From contig JBHGNT010000004.1 of the NCBI GenBank assembly GCA_043228905.1, positions 8,866,001-8,930,000 of the forward strand: a stretch of 64,000 bases of DNA, written 5' to 3'. Made by a program: the position numbers and the translations under genes. Positions 1 through 12,297 of the stretch are shown one piece after another (position 1 is the first letter of the stretch; the number at the start of each line of letters is the position of its first letter). The notes under the pieces were generated by a model that was not told where the DNA came from, did no database searches, and saw only the letters and a program-made list of their open reading frames with translations. Origin of the DNA: Azolla caroliniana (taxonomy: Eukaryota; Plantae; Polypodiophyta).

Positions 1-2150
1 TTTTCGGCAACATAGCATATGTGCATGTGCCGGATGAGATGCGGAGGAAGCTGGATGCAAAATCGGAGAAGTGCATCCTCGTCGGCTACTCACATGAGCA
101 AAAGGGGTATAAGTGTTATAACCCCCGGACGAAGTAGGTCCGAGTTAGCCGCATCATGGTATGCCTTACCAGCTCCGACTTCTAACCCCGACCCGATACC
201 GGAGGATGAGGCTAGTGAGCCTGAACCGGTCCAATTAGAAGATGATGAATCCGGGACTCAAGAAGAGAGTCCGGAATTGATTCGATTGAGTGGGCCGAAT
301 GAGAGACTAGGTCAATCCAACCAGTCAGAAGAAGAACCAGCGAGTAGTGAAGACTCTATCGTGCTCTCCCCGTGCAAGGAACCGAGGAGACGGTTCACGA
401 GCAAAGAGAAGGGGAAGAAGAAGATGTTGGATTATGGAACCGGTGTTGATGAGTCGGATCGAAGCGGATCCGACTCCGGAAAGGAAAATGACAGTTCTTC
501 GGCATCGAAAACCAAACTGGCCAAGAAGGGCCTCAAACCGGGTAATGGTAGGTTACGTCGGTCAACCCGCCAGAAGGAACCTGTTAAGCGGTACGGGTAC
601 AATGAGTACATGGCGCATCACTATGCGTACATGACCAAGGTAGTGGATGTGTGTGAGCCGGAGAGCTATGCAAAAGCGGCAAAGGACGCACATTGGCGTG
701 CCGCTATGGAAGAAGAGATGCGGGCACTTGATGCCAACGATACATGGGACCTGGTTGACCCTCCCCGTCATAGTAAACCAATCAGATGCAAGTGGATGTA
801 CAAGGTAAAGTACAATGTCGAAGGTTCAGTTAACCGGTACAAGGCCCGGTTAGTGGCGAAGGGATACGCACAGACCCACGGAATCGACTACGACGGGACC
901 TTCGCTCCGGTAGCGAAGATGATGACGATTCATGTGGTGCTAGCGGTTGCAGCGGCAAGGGGGTGGCATCTTCACCAGATGGATGTGAAGAATGCATTTC
1001 TTCAAGGAGATCTTGAAGAAGTGTTCTTTATGATACAACCCCCGGTTTCCAGACGGAGATGAACAAGTCGGCGGTATGCCGGCTGAAGAAGTCACTTTAT
1101 GGCCTGAAGCAAGCCCCCCGAGCTTGGAATGCGAAGATCACGTACCGGTTGTGTAAGATGGGGTTTGCGGCCTCCAAGTCCGACTCTTCGTTGTTCATTC
1201 GCCAAGGTCCGGACGGTCCGGTTTGCATCTTGTTGTACGTTGATGATCTGGTCATCACCGAACCCGAACTCGATGAAATTAGTTGAGTCAAGTCCCAGTT
1301 GTCGGATGCGTTTGAGATGAAGGACCTGGGGGACCTTCATTATTTTCTTGGGATCGAGGTGATCCGAACCCCCAACGACATATTGCTCTCACAAAGGCAC
1401 TATGTGTTGAATATGTTGTACAAGTTCGGCGTGACAGAATGCCGACCTATCTCTACTCCCCTGAACCGCAACCAAAAGCTCTGTCCCGATTCCGGACCGG
1501 CCTGCGATGAGAAACGGTTCCGACAAATTGTCGGAAGCCTTATATATTTGACCCTCACCCGACCCGACATCAGCTATCCGGTTGGTGTGATTAGCCAATT
1601 CATGTAGAAGCCAACCGTGGAGCATCTTCAGTGCACGCACCGAATACTACGGTATGTGAGCGGCACGAAGGACCGGGGACTGTTATACCGGCGCGGTATA
1701 ACCGAAGAGCTGGTCGGTTACACAGATGCCGACTAGGCCAGCGATGCATCAGATCGCCGATCAACCTCCGGTTACATATTTTCCCTAGGTAGCGCGGTTG
1801 TTGCGTGGAGCAGCAAAAAGCAGCCAACAGTTGCTCTGTCATTTGGCTTCGACGACTGCTGCAAGACCTACGGATCGAGGTACCGACCCCGATTCTGATC
1901 TACTGCGACAACATAAACAGCATGTAGCTCACCAAGAACCCCGTATTCCATGCTCGCACAAAGCACATAGAACTGCACTATCACTTCGTGCATGAGTGTG
2001 TCCTGAGCGGTGAGGTCGAACTTCAGTATGTTCACACGGATCGGCAAGTTGCCGACATCTTCACCAAACCACTCGAACCGGACAAGTTATAGCACTTCAC
2101 CGAAATGCTTGGTGTTCAGCATCTCGACGTGCCACACTTGAGGGGGAGAA
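1..2150 (+). pseudogene. pol: Degenerate Copia pol (INT C-terminus, RT, RNase H)
   Basis: ORF pieces 19-1062, 1059-1286 and 1299-1607 carry Copia RT motifs; premature stops at about 1284, 1605 and 1734. Confidence 0.9.
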
Positions 2151-2771
2151 CAGGAAAGACACCGGAACTGGCAAAGGCAAAGAGATTGCCGATTGTGCTG
2201 GTGAGGGAAGAACCGACGAAGGGAGAGTCAAGAAGAAGAAAGGAGCCGAGTCGACAAAGGAAGTTGACACATCCGAACAAGTCAGAACAAGCGGCAGCGG
2301 CGGTAGAGTCAAGAAGGACAGAGCCGACCGGAAGAAGAAGACCAAGACCCGGACATGGTCCGATGTGGTGAAGGGCCTAGAACCAGAAGAAGAATCGGGA
2401 GCAACCAATCCGGACAAGAGCTGGAACAAATCGGAGACAATTGATTCTGTTCAACAGACAGATTCAGAAGAACCGGATCAATTCAAGGCCAAAAGGACGA
2501 GAAGGCAATGAAAGTCGACGCCAACACGAAGGAATCGGTGAACTGGGACGCGCCGAAGTCACAGCAGCGAGGGAGCTGAATTGGGGCTGTTGAGTAGACA
2601 AGCCCACCAAGGAGGTCGAGGTGCGTAGAACAAGAGGGGCGCGGCAAACAGAACCAAACCGGATGAGGATCGCGAGGAAGGCAGAGTGACGCCAGAAGGA
2701 GCCGGGTAGAAGGACTGATTGCTACAAACATTGACACAACGACCGGACCTCAAGTTGAGCTTGAGGGGGAG

Positions 2772-3088
2772 TGTTGAGAGGCAAGCTCAATTGGAGCCGG
2801 ATCGGCTGGATAAGCCTGAGCTGGTGAGCGAGACGGATTGGTGAGCCGGTGAGCACCAGGTGAGCAAAAGAGCCGGTGAGCTGGGGAGCCGGTCAGACGC
2901 TGTCAGTCCGTATGGACTTGTATAAAAGTGTTCGCTGAACACATATGATGTATAGAGTGTTGGTATAATTTTTGAATAGAGATTCTTGTTCTCTCTCTCT
3001 GTCTCTCCCGTGTACTGTTAAGATCTCCATTAAACCTGTTCTTTGTTTTCTGTTTTTTTATTTCTTCCGCACGCTATTTGTTTTTACA
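2772..3088 (+). repeat. 3' LTR of Bryco-like Copia (about 317 bp)
   Basis: Starts TGTTGAG directly after the PPT and ends TTTTACA; TATA-like TATAAAAG at about 2921; GTGAGCCG-type short repeats in U3; termini resemble the 6507-6947 LTR. Confidence 0.8.
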
Positions 3089-3847
3089 GTTGGTAAAATA
3101 ATTGCAGATAGAGGAGAATTTGATTCTCATGAAGCTCAAGAATTCAATTTATCAATTACAACTAGGTATAATCTAGAAGCCAATGGAAAGATTGAAAGAG
3201 GACATATCCCAATAGTTAAGGCGATTGTGAAAAGCTACAAAGCTAAAATAAGAGATTGGCCATGCATGCTACCTTACGCACTATTGCCCGATCGAACAAC
3301 GCATAGTTCAGTAATAGGATACATGCCAGTTCAATTGATACTTGACCAAAACCCATCATGCCGGTAGAAGAATCAATTATATCAGGGATATCTATTCCAT
3401 GCAGAGAAGAGGTGAGAAAAGAAGAATTGTTTGCTTTGCGAATTCAACAATTAGAGTGTCAACCTGGAGATATAGAATTCGCAACCCAATGATTGAAGGA
3501 GGCCCGACTGAAAAATAAAATTCGTTTTGATAAAAGTAATAGAATTCGACATAAAAAGATAGAACAAGGGGATTGGGTGCTTGTTTATGATAGCAGTATA
3601 GATAATCAACATAGGACCGTCCGCAAGTTCGTTGAAAGATGGTTTGGGCCATACATAGTAAGAAAAGTATATGATAACTTTACTTCTAAGCTTAGTGAAT
3701 TGGATGAGACACTAATCCTAAACGTGGTAGCTGGAAAAAGGATAAAAGTATTTGAGAAAAGGTTCGAGCATGAACCTCCAATAGATGAAGATGAAGATGA
3801 AAGATAGTGGCACATGCCAGAGGATGTGCAGGTCTAGAGGGGGTGGA

Positions 3848-4893
3848 TGTCGTGAAGTACAAAAGCTTCACATTAAAATTCTACAATAAGATAAATACGT
3901 AACTAAAATAAAATAAATCTTGATAATATTTTATACATAAAGATAATATTAAGAACACACTATGATAATATTAAACATTATATGTAGAGGCAAATAAAAT
4001 AATGTATATGTTATATTACATGGACGAGAGAAGAATTGAGCCAATAACCCCACCTTATGACACTCAAACCTTACCATTAAGCATATACTGATAATTTACA
4101 TTATATGCGTTGTTTTATTTGAAGTACTATTTTATAGTCTAAACCATGTAATATACTACATGCACACCATATAGCATATTGCATGGGCAAAAGAGGACTT
4201 GAACCAACAACCCCAACCTTAATATGACATTTAAACCTTACCATTTAGCATTTACTTGTAATGCATATAAAATATATGTGTTGTTTTATTTGAAGTAGTA
4301 TTGTATGGTTTAAACCATGGAATGTACTACATGTACACCATATAGCACACATGCAAAGTCCTCTCTGCATGTGCGCCACATGGCCCACATGTACAACCAT
4401 CTCTGCCCTATAAAAGGAGAAGGGAGTAGGGCCACAAGGGATATCGAAGGAATTGAACTCGAAGAACTATATTGGATGATATATCAAGAGAATCAAATAG
4501 AGTTATATTACATAAGAGATATCATAAGATAGAAAGAGCAACAGAAGAAGAAATGACAAGAAAAGAGCTAGCTTGATGGTTGTGGTGCTCAACTCACAAT
4601 GAAAGGGCGGCAATTAGATTCTTATCTTCATCGAAATATTGAAGTGAAGATTAATGTGACTTACTATCAAGAAAGAGAAGAGCGATTACCTTATGAAACA
4701 AAGATCGAAGGTTCAACGACGCTCATAACCATTTTGTAACTCTTTCACGAAATAATTATAAATTTCTTTTATTCCTTCAAATATCATTCTATATCCTATC
4801 TTGTCATATCTTGTTGATCTCTATTTACTCTACCTCTACTCTTTCATCTCTTTCGTCCATAATCCTAGTGATTCCTTCCTTACCTTCACGATA
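3848..4893 (+). repeat. 3' LTR of Phygy-like family B, with an internal tandem duplication of about 165 bp
   Basis: Terminal inverted repeat TGTCGTGAAG/CTTCACGAtA; TATA box CTATAAAAG at about 4408; duplicated block at about 4020-4350. Confidence 0.75.
4032..4251 (-). promoter_or_regulatory. Two degenerate tRNA-like Pol III A-box/B-box cassettes in LTR U3
   Basis: Minus strand: ATGCTAAATGG (4251-4241) with GGTTCAAGTCC (4205-4195), and ATGCTTAATGG (4084-4074) with GGCTCAATTCT (4042-4032); spacing 46 and 42 nt. Confidence 0.55.
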
Positions 4894-5229
4894 TCTTTTG
4901 TCTACGCAATGCTACGCTTTTGGACGAGCCACGTCACGGCACGTATACCACGTTTTGTAACTAGAACTCTTTTAGCTTAAGTTCTATTTTCACTTTATTT
5001 TATTTTAGTTTTGATAATTGGATAAATACCCATTTTGTTGTAAACCAACTGTCTCATGGGCCAATTTTGGCCTTCGAAGACGTTAATATAGCTTTGTTTG
5101 TTTGTTTCTCTTCTTTTGTTGGGGTAAAAGCACACAATTATATTAAGTTTATGTAAAGTCCACTTAGTTACAAAAATTTTTAGTCTCCTCTTCATATGCC
5201 TATGTAGGGAGAGGGACGTTGTGTAATGT

Positions 5230-6506
5230 TATTAAAAAACTTGAATAAGCATTTGCGGAAATGATCCCCCCATGCGCTAACATCCAAAAAATCCACATGA
5301 TAATATACCTTTCAGTTTCTTTATATAGGCTTCTACCCCATGTCTATTATCAAACATGAAAGCATTATGCATATTCCAATTGTGTTGTAGACCCCAATAA
5401 CGTAAAAATTAGAACAATATCTCCATCTCATCATTTGATCCATTTTGAACATATTGAGAAAAAACCCATCGTTGAGGTCTCAAACAACAACGGGCTAAAA
5501 CTTGCCAAATGGTGGGTAAGAACTTCCAAATGGTACACGTTATAGGACATTTAATGAACCTATGTGTACTATGCTCCAATGGAACAGAGCAAAAGAAACA
5601 AGTGCTAGACCCTAGTCCTCGTCTCTTTAAGGCTGAGCCTAATGGGAGCCCACCAATCATGACTCTCCATATGAATACCTTTGCACGAAATGGTAGATGG
5701 GAATGCCAACCACGTAATATTTTCCACCACCTTGCCTCTGACTTATATACATTCCACAACTTCGTTGCTTCAGGAGATAGCCAAGATAATGATGCCATCG
5801 CATGATGATACAATATATTTCTAGTGACCTGTAACAAGCGTGCACCATCTTGTAACCACCAATCGACCCAAGGTGCAAATTTTGTTTTCAATGGCAAAGA
5901 TCGTTGCAACAATGGTATCTCTTGTAATTTCACCCAAATAAATCCATAATTTGGGTGAATACATAACCATCTCTTGGCATCTTCAAAATCCGAGAACCTT
6001 TGAGATTCATTATCAACCACATCTTCCAAATGTACAATCCCCAATCGAACTAAATGATTGAATTGAGATCTCAACTTCTCTTTCCCATGCCAAAACAACG
6101 CTAGAGAAGAAACAAGAAATTCATTTTGTAATGAATTACAATATTCTCAATCATCTTGCCACAATCGTACCAAATGTTGTCCACATACAGAATGTCGAAT
6201 CTTTAGAGGAATACTGCCATTACGTAATGACCACCATGATGCTTGAATCTTTGTTTTCCCATGCAACAATCCTTCATGCTCAATAAAATATTGCATCATA
6301 GATATTTATGCTTGATCTTGTTGACATATATCTTGTAATAATGCAAATCTACAAGCCATCAAATGCCTTTCCAAATCCAATATTGCTGCACCACCTAACC
6401 TTTTAGGAGTAGCCAAATGGTCCCATGAAATCCATGTAACTCCCATCATTTCTCCCTTCCGCCACAACATGAACCGAATAGGTTGTAACATGTTTTGTAA
6501 TGCCTT
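5230..6506 (-). mobile_element. L1-clade LINE, 3' part of ORF2 (post-RT region and zf-RVT), degenerate
   Basis: WISWDHLATPKRLGG motif and WHSHLPFRAKVFIWR...CFFC...EHSTHRFIKC zinc finger. The reading continues across the Copia insertion from 38561 (...LYPWTKK | ALQNMLQP...). Confidence 0.85.
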
Positions 6507-6947
6507 TGTAGAAAAACAACGTGCGGAAGCAATAGAAGGTAGAATGTAGGAGAACACATGTTTAATGGAGAGCTTGGACAAACACAGTATGCAGCAGAGA
6601 AAGATTGAGAGAGAGAGAATACACACTACTCTATTCAAAAAATAATACTCAGTATATACATAGAATGTGCTCAGTGAGCACTTTTATACAAGTCCATACA
6701 GACTGACAGAAGTACTGACACGTACTTCAATGCTCATAAATGAGCTCTACACTAACTCCCAAAATATATTCCTACGTGGAATATCTTTCCAACGGCCTCG
6801 CGGTTTACGCACCGCTACGGCTTCTTTTTTGCGCACTGGTTTACGCACCCGGTTTAAGCACCGGTCCGGCCTAATCGATTAGTCCTAACTAATCCAGTTC
6901 CCAGCTTGCGTAGCCGATCCGGCCAATGTTGAGCTTAAATCTCAACA
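6507..6947 (-). repeat. 3' LTR of Bryco-like Copia
   Basis: Direct repeat of 38122-38560 with many substitutions; adjacent to the PPT (CTCCCCCTCAA on plus). Confidence 0.88.
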
Positions 6948-7043
6948 CTCCCCCTCAAGATCAACATGAGGAGCTTCTGGTACTTCCGAATCACCACTCC
7001 GGTTTCTTCTAGCTTCACGCCTTGCTCGCGCTCCTCGACCCAT

Positions 7044-9115
7044 TCAATTCCGCGTGCTTTGACCCTTCCGGTCGGCTTGTCTACTCATCCGGCCCTTCTC
7101 AGCTCCCTTGCTATAGTGGTATCGGCGCATCCTTCCCTGCCCTTTTTTCTGCATGGCCTTTAGTTGATTCGGCGTATTCGAATGGAACATTCCGATTGAA
7201 TCGAACACTTCCGATTCAATTCCGCTCTCATCTGAATTGGCTGTCTCCAATTCGTCTCCTATTTTTAGGCCTTTGACTCCATCAGACCACGTCTTGGTCT
7301 TGGCCTTTACGCCCTTCGTGGCTGTATCTCCCCCTAATTCGGCTATCCTCGGCTCTTCCCTCCGGTTATGGCCCTTGCTCTTTTCTTCGGCTTCTTCAGC
7401 TAGCCCGAAATCGAATTTTTCATCCAATTCCGCATCATGGTCACTTCCGCCGCAATGACCACCTCTGCTCCTTTCACGCTCTTGTGCTTGTTCTTGTTCT
7501 TCCTTTCTCCCCCTCAAGTACGGCGTGTCAAGGTGACACAAACCCAGCTCACCTGAGAAATGCCGCAACTTGTCGAAACCAAGAGGCTTGGTGAAGATGT
7601 CGGCAATCTGTCGATCAGTCGAAACATACGCCAAGTCGACTCCACCTGAAAGGACCCGCTTGCAGAGAAAATGGTAATGCACCTCAATGTGCTTGGTTCG
7701 GGCATGGAATACGGGGTCCTTCGCAAGGTGGATACTGCTAAGGTTGTCGCAAGAGATTGTCGTCAGATCAGACACCTCTACATGCAGATCCCGTAATAGC
7801 CGTTTTAGCCAAATGACTTCGCATGTAGCGACAGTCGCCCCTCAATACTCGGCCTCCATGCTCGACAGTGCTACTGTCGGCTGCTTCTTATGTTCCACAC
7901 AATCGCCGCACTTCCTAGAGAGAATGCGTATCTGGATGTGGATCTACGATCGTGAGCGTTTCCGGCCCAATTGGCATCCGGATGTGACTAATTGTTCGGC
8001 TACGCCTGCCCGATATAGGAACGCAATGTCTTTTGTGCCGCTAACATATCGCAATATCCTTTGTGCGCACTGAAAATGTTCGGCCGTAGGCTGCGACATG
8101 AATTGACTGATCAGTCCGACCGGGTAGCTAAGGTCCGGCCGAGTATTCGTCAAATATATGAGGCTTCCAAAATTTTGTCGGCACCGTGTCGAGTGGCACG
8201 CCTTTCCCAAATATCGGCGAAGTTTTATGTTTCTGTCTAGAGGGGTTGAGCTGGGCTTACAACTTGAAGAGCATATTCAGTGCATAGTGGTGCTGGCTAA
8301 TTAATATGCCTTTCGGGTTACGGATCACTTCGATCCCGAGGAAGTAATGAAGGTCTCCAAGATCCTTCATTTCGAAAGATGTCACAAGTTGAGACTTCAC
8401 ACAGCGGATTTAGTTCAAGTCGGCACCAGCAATCACCAAATCATCAACATACAAAAGAAGGCTAACCAGTCCTTGTTGACCTTGTCGAACAAATAGTGAA
8501 GAGTCTGACTTCAACGGCGCAACCCATCTTACGCAACTGTTGCGTAATCTTCGTGTTCCAGGCTCGCGGTGCTTGCTTAAGTCTGTAGATGGAATTCTTC
8601 AGTCGGCAAACTACTGAAGGGTTTTGTTCGGATAGAAATCCGGGGGGTTGTACCATGTACACCTGTTCCTTAAGATCTCCTTGTAGGCACGAATTCTTTA
8701 CATCTATTTGATGTAAGTGCCACCCTTTCGCCGCTGTTACGGCTAGCAGGACTCGCACAGTAGTCATCTTCGCGACCGTCGTGAAGGTCTCATCGTAATC
8801 CATGTCGTGCTTCTACGAGTAGCCTTTCGCTACTAACCGGGCCTTGTAGCGATTGACAGAGTCGTCGGTGTTGTATTTCACTTTCTACACCCATCTGCAT
8901 CCGAACACAACTTGTTTCGATTGCAAGTCCTAAAGCCTTTGATAGTTGACGTGGCCTATCCGCTTGTGCCACAAGTCCATATCCGACTCGACTTTTTGTC
9001 CTTTTGCGAACATTGCGGTGCCAACGTCATTGGTGTCGAGGATAAACATCCTCCCATCTCTGCGCCCTTGCGCAATAACTTGGCCTTCCTCCTCGATGAA
9101 GCACCCGAGATGCGT
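7044..9115 (-). pseudogene. pol: Degenerate Copia pol: GAG-pre-integrase fused by deletion to RT, then RNase H and a C-terminal extension
   Basis: LWHKRIGHVNYQRL is joined at about 8905 directly to RT (GCRWV*KVKY...YKARL); RNase H HARTKHIEVHYHF; ORF 7044-7775 reads about 155 aa past the usual LRG end. Confidence 0.85.
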
Positions 9116-10393
9116 TGTCATGACGGTTTTCGGCAATGGTGTGAAAATTACATAAGACGTACGAAATCAAGTGTCAATCATATAAAACAATAATAGTGAA
9201 TATATTGATTCTAAGTAAGTTTAATATCTTAGTACAAAAGACGAAGATCTTGAAGAGATGCACTTTATTACATTAGAAACGGACATCTAAGTGACAAGTT
9301 ATATGGGAGTGAAGTATGAGAAGGAAGAAGAGAAAAATAAAACTGTGAGATATCCCACATAGACAGGAAATAAGGATCTCACCATATATAAGGTAGAGCA
9401 AAAGCTATTATCTTTGTGTCTATGTGTGGAGCATAGAGAGTTCAAGGTGACTTGAACTAAGCTAACCAAAACCGGACCGGCAACGTAACCGGCATCCGGC
9501 AACGGAACCGAGACCCGGTGACTGAACCGGCATCTAGCGAACGAATGGTAACTGGCATCCAGCATCTGGCAACCGAACCGGGATCCGGCGACTGAAAGGT
9601 AACCGGCATTCAGCATTCAGCAACCGGCAATAGAACCGGAATCTGGCGACCGACGATAACTGGCAGCATCCGGCGAACTGGCGTCATCCGGCGACCGACG
9701 GTAACTGCATCTGGCAAACCGGCGTCATTCGGCAATCAACGGTAATCGGCGATGACCGGCATTCGGCTAACCGGTGACATCCGGCATCCGGCGACCGGAT
9801 AGATATATAAATTAATAAATAATATATGTATACACATATATATATACACAAGGAGTAGAAGTGTGGATTTGAACCTTGCACCTCCTAGGTAAGAGTTAGT
9901 AGGCTTACCACTAAGCCATAACATTTAGTTGAATTTTTATTTTTATCATTATAGTTTTACATGTAAATTCTCATACATGAGAGCTAAAATGAGTGACATG
10001 GTTATCATGCACCACATGTAATACATGAGCGCCAAATGGTAAACATGCATTTTATGCATGTCTTGTACACTCACATGAATCATATGCATGAGAGCATCTA
10101 TAAAAGAGGGGGATGAAAAAGAAGAAGGGTTAGGCTCTTTTGCTTATGAAAGTAAGAAGAAGAAAATTTGTTATCGAATTGATCGTGTAACTTGTTTCTG
10201 AAATCTAAAGTCAAGAGTTCTTAATCTCTCTCTCAATATAAAATCAAGCGTTCTATCTTTTCTGAATCTCTCTCTCTTTCAATCTATCTTAATTCCTTTC
10301 TCGCTAAAGCTTGTGCCAACGTCGAATCCTTCCGGTCTAGAACCCCAGCGGTTCCGCCTCACGATCCGCGCTTAGTGACGGATCTTCACGACA
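9116..10393 (+). repeat. 5' LTR of Phygy-like family A (1278 bp)
   Basis: Direct repeat of 31682-32796; longer CCGGCATCCGGC-type array at about 9470-9800; TATA box at about 10097. Confidence 0.9.
9851..9920 (-). promoter_or_regulatory. tRNA-like Pol III cassette in 5' LTR U3
   Basis: Minus strand: A-box TGGCTTAGTGG (9918-9908) and B-box GGTTCAAATCC (9875-9865). Confidence 0.7.
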
Positions 10394-10401
10394 TAATTAA
10401 G

Positions 10402-10419
10402 TGGTGAACCCAACGTGAA
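10402..10419 (+). promoter_or_regulatory. Primer-binding site complementary to the tRNA-Trp 3' end
   Basis: TGGTGAACCCAACGTGAA against the recalled plant tRNA-Trp complement TGGTGAACCCGACGTGAA (1 mismatch); lies 8 nt after the LTR end. Confidence 0.75.
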
Positions 10420-10460
10420 AGAGACAGTAGGAAGGATCAAGCCGAAATTAATACTTGGAG

Positions 10461-12297
10461 ATGGCATCCTCAAGCAACCAAGCATAAGAGCTTGAAAGGA
10501 TGATGGTAATCGTCGAACAAATGATGAGATCTCGAGACAACGGTGCAAGCATGGAGAAGGTCGTCAACCGTGTCGTAGAGCACGAGGGTCAATTTGATGG
10601 AAGGAACGTTACAATGTTCCTTGATACATATAGAAGGGAGATGAATCAGAGGGACGTGTCCGAAGCACGTGAAATCGCAAGCTTCAAGAGAGTTGTCGCC
10701 AACAACGTCCAAAGATGTGTCATTGAACTTCAAGAAGGTATGACAACATGGTCCGAGTTCGAGAAAACGATACTAGCGGAGTTCGCGATTGAAGACTCAA
10801 CAAGGATGACTCGACATGCCCTGATGAAGTGGATAGAGAAGAAGAATAAGAAGATGAGTGCATCGAGGGTGTATGACGAATTCAACTAGATGTTTAGTCG
10901 TCTCCCCAACACGGACCAAGTGTTGCTTGAAGAAGACAAGACTTTGTACTTCTTGAAAGCTGTGGACATGAAGGATAGACGAGAATTGGGAACTCTTCTC
11001 GAAGATGATACCCAAGCAAATGGGCTTGTGGCGGACTGGGTTGCGGTAAAGTGAGCATGCAATAGGCTCGACAAGCGTTGTCAGTGGGTTGATGACACCG
11101 ACTTGGCGGGATCGACTGTTGTGGAGAAAACTAGACAACCGAAAGTAGCTGAGCCGCCCAAACAAAGCAGCCCGGAAGAAAAGAAGGTTGATGACAACAT
11201 CATCAAAGAACTGGCGAAGAAGTTTGAGATGGTTACACTAGACAACATGAATCGTCGGGGCCCTAAAGCAAAAGAACCCTTTAGATGCGTGTGGTGTGAT
11301 AGCATGGATCACATGAGAAGGGATTGCGCGAGCCTTCCAAAGGAGATCCGACAAAATATCGTGTACATAGATGACAACATGATCTGCTCGAGCGAGACTA
11401 GAAGACCCCTACGGGTGAATTTCATAAGAGGAGGAATGAAGAAAGCTATGGAGGATGCTGATGCAACTCATGTGGATGCGATGCACTATGCTGCGTCGGC
11501 CGGAATAAGAGTTGGGAAAGACAAGACTAAAGTTGCTAGAGCGGGAGCAAAGTTTTGGACTTCCGTTCTCGAATATCAGAAGAAGGGAAAACTCACTTTG
11601 AACGAAGTAAAGCTTGCGGATCGAAGTGTACAAAGTATAACAGGATGGTCAGATCCGGTGGACGACAACACCATACTCACGGAAGTGATGTGCGACAACC
11701 ACGACGTGTTCGTCGAAGAAAAGAGAAAAAGAATAGAAGAGCAAAGCCCATCAAAAAGACATGAAACAAGGAACGCAAAAAAGAAGGACGATGCGGAGAT
11801 GAGTCGACCTTTACAAATGGAGGATTGTCCTTATTCCAATAGGTGGTTCACGGTGCCAAAGAAGAATGGATCATTGCAATTCATCCAAGATCTTCAACCC
11901 GTCAACAAGGTGACAATTCGAAATGCCGGAATCGGTCCGAGCATGGACGAATTTGCCAAAGTGTTTGAAGGCCGGTCCATCTAATCCATTGCCGATCTCT
12001 ACTCCGGATATGACCAATTCCAATTGGCGATCGACATTCAGGACATTACAACCATGAGGACTCCGATCGGGCTTGTGCGGATGTGTACCTTACCCCAAGG
12101 CGCAACGAACTCGGTGGCTCATATGGTGAATGCCATGAATAAAGTCTTGAAGGATTGCATCCCGGACATCACGATGCCATTCTTGGATGATATTCCGATA
12201 AAAGGATGTTCAGATGAGGAGAAAGATGAATCGAAAGATAAGGAAGGTTGTAGAAAGTTCGTTGCGGATCAAATGAAAGATTGCGAGAATGTGCTTC
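10461..12297 (+). pseudogene. gag-pol: Phygy-like gag plus N-terminal RT, with the protease region deleted at about 11820
   Basis: ATG at 10461, FDGRNVT motif, CCHC knuckle; abrupt join RPLQME|DCPYSNRWF; several stops. Pol continues at 19408-19730, 24289-25203 and 30656-31600. Confidence 0.85.

Larger units (their letters stand above)
1..3088 (+). mobile_element. Ty1/Copia LTR retrotransposon (Bryco-like), 3' part; begins before the window; inserted into a Gypsy integrase
   Basis: Integrase C-terminus ([24 protein letters not shown]), RT ([23 protein letters not shown]) and RNase H (KHIELHYH), with frameshifts and stops. PPT GAGGGGGAG at 2763-2771, then a TG...CA LTR at 2772-3088 abutting Gypsy integrase sequence. 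Confidence 0.9.
3089..4893 (+). mobile_element. Phygy-like (non-chromoviral) Gypsy remnant: integrase C-terminal part, PPT and 3' LTR
   Basis: VGKIIADRGEFD, YNLEANGKIERGH and WFGPY (GPY/F) motifs at 3089-3807; PPT GAGGGGGTGGA at 3837-3847; LTR TGTCGTGAAG (3848) to CTTCACGATA (4893). Confidence 0.85.

Noticed and set aside
6960-7510. env-like gene after Copia pol
   Set aside because: The extension is hydrophilic, with no transmembrane or signal segment, and is fused in frame to RNase H.
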